Origin: Tubulanus polymorphus
Lineage: Eukaryota > Animalia > Nemertea
Length of the DNA stretch: 64,000 bases
Assembly (NCBI RefSeq): GCF_964204645.1
Contig: NC_134028.1
Span: 1,116,001 to 1,180,000 of the forward strand
Reading direction: 5' to 3'
In this document: in pieces, positions 49,031 through 62,804 of the stretch
Layout: every line of letters begins with the position of its first letter
Position numbering within the stretch: the first letter of the stretch is position 1
The notes under the pieces: generated by a model
What the model was told of the DNA's origin: nothing
Seen by the model: the letters and a program-made list of their open reading frames with translations, nothing else
The model's database searches: none
Translations under genes and position numbers: made by a program

Positions 49031-49757
49031 TTAAAACCGATGATGTACATGCTACAATAAGATATTAGACTGACTCACCTGCTAAATGTGACCGTTCTAT
49101 CAAACTCCGCTATTCATTCCTATCTGATTCCTATTCGATATATTTATGTTTATCACTGACTTCGAGATAATCACGTAAAACAGCGTTCAAAGAAAAAACT
49201 ACAATTCCGACATTGTAATTTCGATCTATGCACTTGATTTCCGAGAAACGTTTTTTTACTCACTTCACGGTGAACTAGGTATACATGTATACTCGATATA
49301 AAATCATTATTCCGCAGAAATGTATTTCTTTATCAATGACACGATGGGTTTTTTATGTTAGTGATAAGAAACACAGGTTTCCTTGTATTGAGCTATATTT
49401 GCGGAACAACTTCCGTGTGTGAGATGAGAAACAATTAAGTAATGACTAGACTGTGAAACTGCAGATCATTCCAGACGTATGGCATTGGATGAGGGACAAT
49501 TTTCTAATTTTAAACGGTTTTGTCCTCGGCAAAATTTCAGGTTTCTGTCAATGAATTTGAAATTGGTTTCATTTCAAAATATCGCGCAATTTGTTAACAC
49601 AAATCTATGACACTGTACTGATTATAACATCATGACCTAAATAGAAACATTTAAGCATCCAAACCATTTCTAATTAACAATTCTAATAGAATTTTATCGA
49701 AATCCCATAAAATTAAAGTAAAAATATGCTTTTAAAAATATATCGCCTGCTTTAAAT

Positions 49758-49789
49758 CATGGACGTATAAACTAGATTATACGTCCATG
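49758..49789. mobile_element. 32-bp palindromic transposon remnant with 7-bp TSD (P-element-like footprint)
   Basis: TTTAAAT [CATGGACGTATAAACTAGA TTATACGTCCATG] TTTAAAT. Confidence 0.8.
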
Positions 49790-51350
49790 TTTAAATCGAG
49801 CAGCAACCACAGACAGTTGGGTGATAACAGGTAGCTGGGTGATCACAGATAGTAGGGTGATCACCACTGCTGATTAATTTTAAGTCATTATCTGCTGAAT
49901 TATCTCATAAACGTAGAGAACAATGTTGGGTGTGGCCGCGATGTTAAGATTCCATTGTTTTTTTCTAGAGTCGACGAATTGTTTCGATCTTTATCGAAAA
50001 TGCTGCGAACCACGGAGTTGATGTGAATACCACATACCCATCACGTACCGTGGTGATTTTAATTAAAACACAGCAGATATCAATTACTCGACTATGAGCT
50101 GCTTCTGCTGCTTCTGCGACTAAATATTCTATTTTCAGTAGATGATAACCTTGGTAAAACCAAACGCGGCGATGATGAAAACCGATAACTACAGACAATA
50201 ATAAATCATTTGAAACAAAAACTTCTCTCGCAGTGTCGTCGGCTGTGTCGTCATTGACAATATCTTCACGAATTACCGCAGCGTTCAAAATATAATACAG
50301 ACTACAATATTGTTTTTAAGTTAAACGACGCGCTTGGCAGATTGAAATGACCATCATCTTGTTTCATTTACACAAAAAGAACTGAAGTTTTGAAGATAGA
50401 ATGAATGTGTGTGTGTGGGTATAGTTTACCCGTGTGAAGACGTTTTCCACTGATTTCCGTTCGTTTCTTTGTTTTCGGCGACAAAAGCTCGAAACGTCGT
50501 TTGAGAGAAAGAAAAAAAAAAACTCTTTTGACGAATCGAACAATTAGCGAACTTTTCATCGGACAATAGACGTTTTTATGAAGCCATCTTGGCCATCAGC
50601 GGGATCATCGCGTCGAACAAAGACGCTCGCGACGACCGATTGTCAGACGGACGACAGCGACGACGCTTTCATTCGAAATTTAACGACAATCTGCCCGACG
50701 ATGATTTAATGACACGTTCATTTGTTTAATAATGAAACGGCGTAGACACCTACGAACACCTACACGACTGTAACACACTCGAGAAGCTCGATTAGAGATT
50801 GATTTACCGGATAAAATGCCACGGTCGAATCAACTTTAAATAACCACGGTACAGGATCGTGAAGGGATGTTCATAAGTCACGAACTACCGTGGCTACTGA
50901 AGCACGAATGAGAAGTGGCTACGAATCTGAATTCTCCTCAAAAGAGAGAAGAGATATTAGAATAGATCAATCAGAAAATCTCAAAAGTCTGGTGACTTTC
51001 TTCACTCGAAGATTCAACAATGGGCAGAATTGAGGTAGCGAGATTCTCGGGAGCGGAGAATGAACGGGTTCCTCGGCAACTGTGCATTGTTATAAATTCG
51101 ACTACACAGTCCATACATGCCGCATGTATCAAAGACCGGGTCAACATCGGACAATAGACGATCATGGACAATAGTCAAACACTAGTCAAACACGTGCACA
51201 GTAGAAGCTGGTTCATCGATGGCAATATGGCTGCCAAACATCATTCATACACTAAGGGTATACAATCAACTGAAAGTCGCATCAAATTCATTCACACGAA
51301 AAGAGAAAAGACTTTTTCAAATCCTATATAATCATAACATAGTAAAGAGA

Positions 51351-51500
<150 letters not shown>

Positions 51501-54500
51501 CCACCCGTACTCCGCTCTACTCTGTCAACTCCTGTTTACCTAATACGACTCTACGAATATTTGTTTATATTCTACAGATAAATCCCTTCGTAACGATATA
51601 AATAATTCATATAAGTAGAAATGAAGAACTAGACAAAATTAATCGCGTTGTGAACTACTTACATTATCAACATTGTAAGTCCATTGTTTCCGTGTTAAGT
51701 CAATTCAATTCAATAAACTCAGTTCAGTGGCAGGTTTTAGGCGGGAAATCTAACTCCATTGAGGATGTGATACGTGCAATTAACGCTGCTTATACGTGCA
51801 ATTAACTTAGATCTTCACAAGTTGCAACTCCTGAAATGCCCATCTAAAACTGGGCCCGGTTTATCTATATATATTCCTGCTTCTTGCTTCTAGTCCTGTG
51901 TATGCGCTTATGTACAACTAGCTGTATACATCATAAACCTATAGTAATCATAGTACAAACATCGGCTACATTGCATAATTGCTTAGGAGAGCCAGGCGCT
52001 TTTATTGGGGCTATTTTGGTCATCTCAAAGTACAAAGGACTTAAGATTGTCACATTATGTTAGTCACCCCACACAAAAAGCACAATAAGAAATAGATTGA
52101 CCTACAATAGCTACCTGGCAGTCTACACAAAGGCAAACTGTGGTTCCCGAGGGTATTGTTTATGAAAGCTGCCCATTGGAGCCTATCATAGACATGAATT
52201 AAATCTACACACATTTCACTATGAACCTATTGTCCACCTGTTTCTTGTATGTTTAGGTTCGGAACATATGCGCAGCAATACGAGATCTTAACTTCTCTCG
52301 ATGACTTTCTTTTAATAGCGACATACGATATCTGGTCTCCATGAATATATTTATGACGGATATCCTTTTTTTCCCCCAAAAAAATCCCATAACTTTCTTC
52401 TCGCACCGGAAACTGTTGGTGACATGATAATGCGCGACAATAGCCGGGCCATATTTAGGTTGTAGCATAGTCGATGTACTTTGACGAAAGCCAACAATTG
52501 ACTGCATAGAATCGCTTCTAAAGTGACAAAGTGATAAAGCCATCCACTATTTCTAAACATACGTGAATAGGATACAAGTGAGAGGTGCCCCCATTGAGAA
52601 CAGTCTCACAGACCTCAGAGAGCGAAACCATCAGCCTTTTCACAATATACATATACATAAGCATCTTCTCATATCAATAGAAGTATAATTGCCTCGAGGT
52701 ACTAACGAACTGATGGGACAGTTGAGACTGAGTGAGAAACTGAATCATGAAGACAGTTTTCGAGTAAGAGACTGAATCATCGATATAATAAAAGAACCCT
52801 CGATAGATAAACTACGTATGTTCTCATTGTAAAAGGAAGGAGACATCGTATCTGCCCTCACTGTGAAAGTTATTGATCATGAAATACTGATAAGTTACAA
52901 ACTCCAAAATTACTTATAACAATGAATACTTTAAACTGGCCATCATTGAATAGTATGAAGACAAGCGGAATCTAACTGATGAATGGTGTGAGTACCGAAA
53001 TCACTTAAACAGGAAATTTCACTCGAGATATGATCACTAGTGATTACAGACAGTGGCTGAATATCGGATATGAACGACTAAACAAAAATCGCTTTAAAAA
53101 CGACAAACGATATCATCGACGCCTCGAGTGAAATCCTCCGCCGAATAATGGATACAGAGTTCAGCGTCATTTAAGAATCGACGCCGCCGTTGACAAACGA
53201 GATCTCGTAACGATATTCAAATCGCGCCCACCTCGCGTTCCTCGCTGTTTAATACCACAAGATCCGTGGAGACCCACGACGATCAAAATAGTAACAAACC
53301 GTAAGAATATTTTCACAGGAAACCTGTTGAGCTCGTAATTTAAATTACGTGGACGACACTAAATGTTCTATAAAACGCTGAATTATACGTATAATCTTTT
53401 CTCAAAGGAAGAAACACTTTTGTCAAAAAAGGAAAAAACACAGTCAATTAAACGATTCTTTTGATTGACATGTTTTTCTATTAAATGCCACCATGTTCGC
53501 GGGTCATGGGAAATGAAGGTTCTTTTTTTAGAATTGTCCGTTATATTCAGGTTTATATATTTAGCTGTGATAGCTTCGGTCGGCGATTTAAATTCAAATC
53601 TATTTCATATGATTAATCAGTGGTAGTGTATTTGGATCGATTGCCGAGTGAAGCATCAGTAGATTTATACGAGAAACTGACTATTAGCTAATGAATGTAC
53701 ACTTCAGCTAAAATCATGGACACAGGCATAAAATAGAGAGTAGACATCCTCTTTCAATTAATATTATACCACTTAATACATCTCACAAGGCTACAGAATT
53801 AAAATATCTGTTGAAATTCCTTATGCATCGTATAGGTTTAATAGTAGAGATCGGCTAAACATGAAAGCATCTTTATATCTTAATCAATGGCACTTAGTGA
53901 GAAGACAAACAAACTAAGCTTTTAAGGTTTTTCCTCGGTAATTTGAAGGTAATTTGACAGAACAGACTGTAAGACTTTCTCAGTTACTATCCACGTTGTA
54001 TGTTGTGGGTACATCTAAATATCTTTTCAATTGAAGTTCACTTTTTTTCCTCTATTCTCCAGACAATAAAAATGTAGACCTTTCAAAAAAGAGAGTTTGG
54101 CGACACTGACTTATTTAAGGTGAAAATTATCATTTATCATGTTCTTTACAATTCTGTGACCCGGATTCACATTATTCGTGCTTACACACATTCTGAGCAT
54201 TCTCCTAATACACGCTAGACTTATACTCGCGACCAACGGACCACACTAGCAGGCTAGAGACTAGGATTTCCCGATTTTATGAAAAGTGAAAAGCTACAAG
54301 AAATGTTTCTTCGTAAAACTCAATAGAAAACATAAATTCTTCTTTCTCGTTACAAAAAACTCTTTGTAGAAGCGCAAATAAAAGATCGGGCGAAACTTTC
54401 TTTCTTACAACCAGAAACTGGCCTCATTTTTTAGTCGAGCTTTAGAAATTGTATCTATCAATGAAACACACTTTCTGGCGCGTAACCGAACATGCGATAT

Positions 54501-56840
54501 ATCAAAATCCCCTGCTATCCCCTATTGTTTTTAGCGTCCAAAAATTAGGTTTCCGTAGCATTAATTGGGAGCCAAAAAACTCAGCGAGGTCACTACACAT
54601 CTCATTTGCTATATAACATTTATTTGCTAGTGATATGACATGTTTGCCGACGAGTTATTGTAGATTTTTTTCATGTAACTTGAAGAGTTGCCAATTTGTT
54701 TTATGTACTTTTTTTTATGAAACCACATACACGCATACTTAGCACAACGTATGATTATGCAAGATGAAATCTAGGTGAAATCTAGGCATTTAATAAGTGG
54801 CGTAAGGTTCTGCTGATAAAAGCCGAATTAGCACAGTCAATTTTCGCCACAGGAAAGGTATTCTATAATTTACAACGTGCCCACTCAACGCTATCATTTC
54901 ATAAATAGTTTTTTCACTAGTCTTTCATTGAGAATAATGACCTAAGGGCTGCCTGTAAGCTGCCTGTAAGCAGTCACAATAGCTACAAACAAACTCCATC
55001 AATGACCATCATTGCGTCCACTGACAAGCATATGCCCTGAACAAACTCGGCATATAAAAACCATTAACAAACACCACTTATCAACATTACAACTCTTATT
55101 ACTATATCATAGCATGCGTTCAAAGTACCAAAACAGATCAGGAAACGTCCACAGATCAGACCAGACCAAACTACTTGTTTTCACCAAAAATGAGGGTAAT
55201 TTGACTTCGGAAAATGTAGTATTGTTTCATTGAAAATGAACAAGAAATTATCATGATTTTGAGATTATTTTGATGTTCATGGTAAGAGTAGAAAATACCC
55301 TAAAATAGTTGACATAGTCAGGTCGGCCTTACAAATATGGATGGTGCCAACTGTGAAACCAAGAAACGTAATTCTAAAAACCCTAGAGGCAGCAGCGGCG
55401 GCAGCAGCAGCAGCAGCAGCAGCAGCTAGTTTATAAAGCAGGATGGCTTCACAATTTATCATCTAGTCAATGATCACTTCTCGTTATTTATAGTGTAATT
55501 TAGGCATCAAGGTTTTTCAGTATATAATTATTGTGAATAATTTTGTTGTAATTCCCAGCACAGCTGCTCTTAAAAAAAACACCCTTAACATTGATGCGTT
55601 AATATTTATCAGGTCTAGTGGAGAGCCATGTGACTGAATCACTGAATAAATCATTCATCAGAAATGACCATTCCGCGAGAACAGACCAGAATATCGTCCT
55701 CATTTTAGTGCGACCCGTCGAGCGATCGCGGATAATCACACCCTAATCCAGGCATCTTGGCCTTTTAGTTCACGACAAGTTATTCAATTAGCAGATCGAT
55801 ATATGGCATACAGCACTGACTGTCACCAGCCCGTGTGATACACAGATAGGACTACCACGCCGATATATCAACTCTCTGATTCTACTAGTCTCAACACGCA
55901 TTATGTGATGATTTGATAGCAAGCAGAGGGTAATCAATGTGCAGTCTACAATACTGCCATGTAAATAATGTAATCTGTCTAATGGCTCTAATGATTCGGC
56001 CGCATAATAAGCTTTCTACTCCTGTACGCTCTCCCTCTCCTCTCTCTCTAAACTCACTCGATCAACTTAACTACACATCATCAACTGTAATATCGACATT
56101 CTTCAGATTAAAATAAAAATCATATATTCATAATTTTGTGCATACGTTCGCGGCATACAAGAGGCAACAATTTAAAACCAATCCTCGCAGGGTATTATCT
56201 ATCATATATCAATTAAAAAATACAGCTACATAACCTCCTCACCTAGTACAACTCACAATACACGATCAATGCTTAATCTGTGATACGTAAACGTATCAGA
56301 GAACATCGGTGAACAGGGATCAACGTTCAATGAAAAATATCGGCTTAATTGATTTAGAATTGAATCCAAAAACAATTATGGATAATTTGAATGGCTTGAC
56401 GTGTAATAAACATTGATAGATACATCAATTCTGTCATACAGGATGACACTGTCCAAGAGAGCGTCGACCGGTAGTAGACACCGTTGATTAGTGATATATG
56501 TATGCACAACAATCTCGTAAACTGACACCGAAGTTCATGAAGTCAAAGCTATTTCCATCCAATTATACGGGAAAATAGGAATGAAGTAGATAATCTATTG
56601 ATGAATGAGCTACTAATAAATAACAGGGTCTTACACATCAGCCAATCCAATATAAGCCGATGTTTCACTGACCATCGGCCAAAAATTATCTGATTTAATC
56701 AGAATATATCATCAGTTGGGGCTGTATCTTAGAGAGAGGTGATCCTTGCATCACTAGTCACCAGCAAGAATGACAAGACACCAAAAATTCAAATTCCTTG
56801 ATTATCAAGAATAACTATAGATTCCCTGATTTCTAAAACA

Positions 56841-57004
56841 CCTGAAAATAGCAGATGAAGAATATCTCGTGAAGGATACAAGAAGACTTAGAGACAACAC
56901 AAAACACCCGATGACGTAAAAAAACCCTGAAAACAGCGGATGAAGAATATCTCGTGAAGGATACAAGATGATTTAGAGACAACACAAAACACTCGATGAC
57001 GTAA
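56841..57004. repeat. ~85-bp direct tandem duplication
   Basis: CCTGAAAA(T/C)AGC(A/G)GATGAAGAATATCTCGTGAAGGATACAAGA...ACAACACAAAACAC(C/T)CGATGACGTAA occurs twice. Confidence 0.85.
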
Positions 57005-60000
57005 TCATGGGAAATTTCACAACGATGAAATCTAATCGTTTCTTCATTTCATTCCTCGTAATAAGAAAGTATACAATATCCTGACATACAGCGATAACCT
57101 CTAAACTTCATAGAGTAGAGAGAAACTTTCACAGCATCGAATCGTGAATCTGTATTAATACTGCGTCTTCGAGGAGCTTCGCATAGTTCTGGAGCGAGTA
57201 AAAAATTCATACACCTTCTTTTAAACCAGAACCCGAGAAAAAAAGCGTGAACAATATTCTCTATCCTCGGTAGAACTGACTCCTTACTGAATAACATAGT
57301 TATCTACGAGATGATCGAATACATTTAATGCTGCTCCTGAAAACTACTTTACAACTACTACGGTTTTTTTTTCAAATGACTGATGAACAAATGCAATGAT
57401 TCTTTAATGAGTTGTTTTTGTTGTCTAAGTTTCTTCAGATCATCAATTATTTTGTGAATAACAAGAGTAAAACTAAACCAATTGACAGTAATCGCCATTT
57501 TAAATCATCTTGTTTTGCTCTTTAAGTTTTCCCTTGACAAATGAATTTGTTTTCCACTGGCTTCTATCTACCATCAATGAACAGTATATCCATAACTAAA
57601 ACTTGTTCTCTAATTTTCCGTATAAAATAATCGGATTCCTCATTCCTCATTGTTGAAACAATCAGTCACAACAATATGATCGACTGTAGAGAGAGAAGTG
57701 ACTGCAGCAGTATTCAAACAAAGCGTCTACGAGCAAGTAGGTCAGTTATTTCAGTAAACAGCTAGACAGGTGCTTCACCTGACCCCCAGTCAAGCATTCA
57801 GTCAGTAGCCATAAACAATGTATAGACTACAAACTACATCTCAACTGATGATGATTCTTCAGTTGAGTTTTGCACAGTGTCACATCGCCCTTCCATTCCT
57901 TCCTCTAACGCAATAAGCTCGCAACTGTCAAATACTAATTGATATGATCTCTCCTCGACTAATAGAAATTAGCCGACCATAATTACACCAAACAGACCTG
58001 AAACAGACAATTAGCCATCTCTTGCTGACTGAGAGAAATACAATGCTCAGATTATTGCCCATTTGAGTAGTTTAATACGCTGTACCTACAAATATATCCG
58101 ATACAATGCCAAGAATCTCAAACATGATATCCTACGTTAGAATACCTTCAGAAATTCCCTATATCAGACTCTAGTTGAAGTTTATCCGAAGTCGAAAGAT
58201 AAAAATACTCGTATTAATAGAAGTTATGTATCAATACAAGCCGACAGCAGTAGTTTACTTTCACCGGCTACGTATTACACAAATACAACTCACTGAAATC
58301 AATTATTAAGCCCCATATAATTCATCAACTTCTCTCTCTCTCTGTCTCATACTCAAGAGTTCTATAATTCCCTGTAGTACATTAGAATACGAACGACTGT
58401 ACCATTCAGTTTGCTTTGTAATCCAATAACGTGCAATGATTTTTACCCTAAGCCCTCGATGAGTGGAATATGCAATAATGACAATATTTGTTAAACCACA
58501 TTAAACTCTTATAAGTTGCGTGAACATACACTTACCCAGGTAAATCCCTCCATTGCGCAACCATCAGAGCCACTTAGCGGTGAAGAAGTTTGTGTCTAGT
58601 AATGAAACTTAGCCACTGCGATCGGTTCCAACAACTGTTTTCAAGTACTAATTGTTTTGTAGTCGGTACTGATAATAGTTTTATATAAAGTAACTTCCAA
58701 AGTTTCGCTAGTTTCCAACTTTGTACGCGAGTTGTATATTAGCCATGAGTGCGATCGGAACACAGTTAAAATGGCAAATGGGCCTTTTATACGTTAGCTT
58801 GTCTGTGAATGAATGAACAATAGACTGAGCACAACACACACACACTCACACACACCAACCCAGCCTGATGAATATTTATGATGTGGAAACTTATAACCGA
58901 CGCATATTTTCGAAAGTCATTTATTTCCGTTACGCGTTGTATCTACGTAACGGCTTAACGTTTCAACACTGAGCAAACTAAACCGTTCAGGACGTACGAC
59001 CCTAAACCGCTAAACGCTTCATTAGAATCTCAGATATTGATTGAATTGTGATTTGTTTCGCGTGAAAATAAGCGTCGTTTGATAATTCGTTGTAGAAGCG
59101 CGTGGCTATTTTTAGCCCAGGGTAGTAGCTCGGGGAACATGTGTAGCGAAAGGTAGATCCCGGCACAAGAACAAAAACATCACTTGACCTAGGTCGATAA
59201 ATATACATCCATCCAAAGAACATGTCGGGGATCATTGAGGGGGCATCCCATTCACTAACCACCGTTCAAACAATGTAAATTTATCTTTTAATCTGTCGTA
59301 GTATTAAAATGAATATCATAAATTATCATACAGTCTGTTGCCCCTAATACCGACTCAAATAATCTATTACAAATTAACTACAATAAATGAAAACAATTTT
59401 TCGAAAAATTTCAATTTCTGCTTTTGTCGCATCAAAATAAATCGGATTCTCACGGAAAAATAATTTCAACTTCGATTTGATTTGGATGAAGTAAAAAAGC
59501 TAAATTTCAGAAATTTTTCAATATAAAAATTTTTGTTTTCCCGTTTTTTCTAATTGTTTATTTCATAAATGAAAACGATCTGAATAAAACAAAAGCTGGC
59601 GTTGAATTCACTCTGAAAATGTGGATCGGTATGTGAACGGTTTAATCATTATTTTTTTAAAGTAAAAGTAACTGCTATTTGTGAGGCAGATGACACACTT
59701 GTCAATAAACCAACAAACTCGTTAAGCGCGAGCCTCCTGATTAGCAGATCTATTGTTTAATTAACAGCGTAAACAAAGCTACTTAGAGAGTCAGCAAGTT
59801 GAACCTGTGTAATGCGTTCTCAGTGATTGTTGGAATACAACATTCTCTCACCCGGGGGAGAGAAGAGACTAACGCAGTAAGAGAGAGAGAGAGAGCGAGA
59901 GAGAGAGAGAGCGAGAGAGAGAGAGAGAGAGAGCCAGCCGAGAGAATGCTCATCAGATTGGCTTTTATTTCTGTTGAAAGTCAACATGCGCGAATTTCAA

Positions 60001-61223
60001 TCCACGTCCAACTCGTAACTAATTAGCGACTGTAATTAGGACGAGAATTGATTAAGTTATAGTCAGTCACAATCTTCACTATCCGCACCGAGAGCATTAT
60101 TTATCACTGTTTCGATGTCAAGATAACGAATTAAATACGTTGCGAAAATAAGAAGTTTTCGCAATAATCAGCGGCAATAAGTAAGACTGATCGGGGAGGC
60201 AGTTGCTTGGCAACAATGATGACAGTTTTAATGAAGTAAGATGGTATGTAATAATCAAGTGACTGAACATGGCGAAATCTGATCTCTCAATACTCATAAC
60301 GATATCGATTCACAGGTGGCGCTACCGGACACAACTAGTGAAAATATCATTTTTTCCATCGACGCGTTTAGAGCCTTATTTACGGAACAAAGAAAATCGA
60401 GCATTAAATTGAACGGTCTTTGTGTTCGACCGCCAGTTCGTATAAACAGCAGTTTCTTTTATCAATTTCAATAAAGCGTTCAATCTTTATAAATAAATGA
60501 ATAAATGGAACGTTCGTAACGCCGGCGTGCGATGTTTTTAAAAGCCGAATTTCTGAAAAGTAAACGTTTCAATTATCGCGACGAGATTAAACCAGATTTT
60601 AACGCGATTCAATACAGAGATATTTGAAAACCAGATCAATTTTTAGACTACGTATGAATTGGAAACGTTTGTTTATTCTGTTAAGGACTGGCACACATAT
60701 CTATAACAATCAAACTCGCGCCGAGATTCAACCCAACGACCAATGACGGTTCATCGTTAGATTATTTTTTTGGTTTATTCAAATCTAGGTCGTAACGATT
60801 CAACGTCGCACGCCTATATATTTGAGGATCATTTTTTTTTCTATTTTTCTATTTGCATACACGCAAACTACGTTGGCCGGCGCTAGTATTTTTTGAAAAC
60901 TTCTTTTATCGAGTGGCGTACTACATAGACACCAGTGGTATGGGGTATCCGTCATTACTTTTATACAAAAGAATGTCACAAGGCCAGGTGTCGAGGAAAA
61001 TGTTGTATTTTTACCATTTGAAAAAAGCCAGCGGGCGGATGCCCTGCTTTCAAACAAGCTACAATAACTTTCACCCAAAAATACAAAACATGACAAAGTG
61101 ACCCAATTATTTTTTCAATAAGGGAATCTTCAGATTGATATTCATCCGTTCTATGATAACATATTTATCTTATGAAATCAAACCCATAAAAATGTGATTT
61201 GATAATCAGAAAATGAGAATAGA

Positions 61224-61343
61224 GCCACCACACCTGACTGGTCACCAGCCGCCACACCTGACTGGTCACCAGTCGCCACACCTGACTGGTCACCAGTCAC
61301 CTCACCTGACTGGTCACCAGTCACCTCACCTGACTGGTCACCA
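61224..61343. repeat. 24-bp tandem repeat x5
   Basis: G(C/T)C(G/A)CC(A/T)CACCTGACTGGTCACCA. Confidence 0.92.
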
Positions 61344-61391
61344 TACCACTGGCCTCATACAACACAAACTTCCAAACATCATTAGGTAACT

Positions 61392-61503
61392 CAGGTCTAT
61401 GGTCTAGTGGTAAGAGTGCTGGACTGGCGGGCATGAGGTTAGCGGTTCAAATCCCATGACACGCTAGGGTTAGGGTTAATAAATACACGTAGGGTTAGGG
61501 TTA
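61392..61503 (+). mobile_element. tRNA-derived SINE-like relic followed by TTAGGG repeats
   Basis: Pol III A box TGGTCTAGTGG 61400-61410 and B box GGTTCAAATCC 61444-61454 at tRNA spacing, but the acceptor and anticodon stems do not pair. TAGGGTTAGGGTTA occurs at 61465 and 61490. Confidence 0.6.
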
Positions 61504-62348
61504 AGCGAGGTGAATGGGGTTTGCAAAGGCTAAGTGCCCAGGGCTCATTTCATTTGATTTTTAGCTCATTTTTGGAGCTTTCTCCTTAGATTGACAGTTG
61601 TTGAGAACATTATCTTCACTTATTGCTACTGACCTTTTCAATTTCATACATTGCCCTTCAAAAACATTCAAAAGTTAAATGTCACCCCCCCCCCTCCAAC
61701 CGGTTTTAAAAAACAATTACTTACTATACACGTTAAACATAGCTCAAATAACAACAATTTTAGTTTTTTGACATTTATGTCCAGATGATATTTATGTCTT
61801 TACGATTAGAAAAAAAATGTGAGAAAATAACTGTATTGAGAATTTCATGAAGGACGTTTATAAGTCGACGGCAACGTTCATGATCAGAGAAACAAGGGAA
61901 AAAAAGAGTCACAAGCGAAGAAAATAAGTGAACAAAACTGACGAGCGAGCGAGCGAGCGAGTGAGCGGGAGTCTTACGCAGCCAACGAGAAGATTCATTT
62001 TCCCAGGGGGTTAAATTTCGTTGACGAATGTCGTGATGACTCAAAACACTGAACGAACGAACGACGATGAAAACAACGAGAGCAGCGAGAGCTGATCGCT
62101 CTGATCGCTCGCTCGCTCGGCGCTGCTTCGCGGTATTCTCATCATTCACCGGTTAAAAATGTTCATTCGATTACCATGCCAACTGTCAGTCATCGTTTAC
62201 GCAAAAAAGAAGAAATTGTTTAAAAATTGGTCACAAACAAACAACGCTAATCGATAGGTGATTATATTCATCTATAATTTATAATTAATGATATATATGT
62301 TAACATTAATATTAAAGAAAACCAAGGCCCCGGGTCAATGAAACTCAG

Positions 62349-62452
62349 GTGCAGTTCCACAGTTCCGAGTTAAGATTTGACTCTTGAGTTAACTCATCGA
62401 AAATGAACTAACTTTTACTCAAACTCATAACTCATAACTGTGGAACTGGATC
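62349..62452. mobile_element. MITE, PIF/Harbinger-like (3-bp CAG TSD)
   Basis: CAGTTCCACAGTT (62352-62364) / AACTGTGGAACTG (62436-62448) inverted repeats; CAG at 62346-62348 and 62453-62455. Confidence 0.65.
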
Positions 62453-62804
62453 CAGGTATTCAGTAACACCTCAGTGAAGAGGTTGAGACTAGATATTATA
62501 GGTTTACAAACTAACTGACTATCTAGGCTCTCATTAGTTATATCTTAATGCTCGCTTATAGCAAATGATTCTAATCTCAAATTCACTTTCCAGATTCATA
62601 GGAATATCGAAGGTTTACCGTAAACTAGAGAGATTGTTAGTAAAACTTCAATTTACAGCCAATCATCCCAGAGACAATTCTCCAGGGTAACATAGCTGAA
62701 ATTATGTAGATACATTAACGGCTTTTGGCTTAATGCAAGATGACACCGCAAAACAGCCCTGGTGACATGATGAAATATATCATTCAATTGACTTTTAATA
62801 GCAG

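Noticed and set aside
49079-49130. MNS start resembling the human ZMIZ1 N-terminus
   Set aside because: ATG AAT AGC GGA GTT is followed by TGA, and the frame compatible with the next exon contains a TAG; at most a non-coding exon.
61392-61465. Functional tRNA gene
   Set aside because: The acceptor and anticodon stems do not pair and there is no oligo-T terminator; treated as a SINE-like relic.
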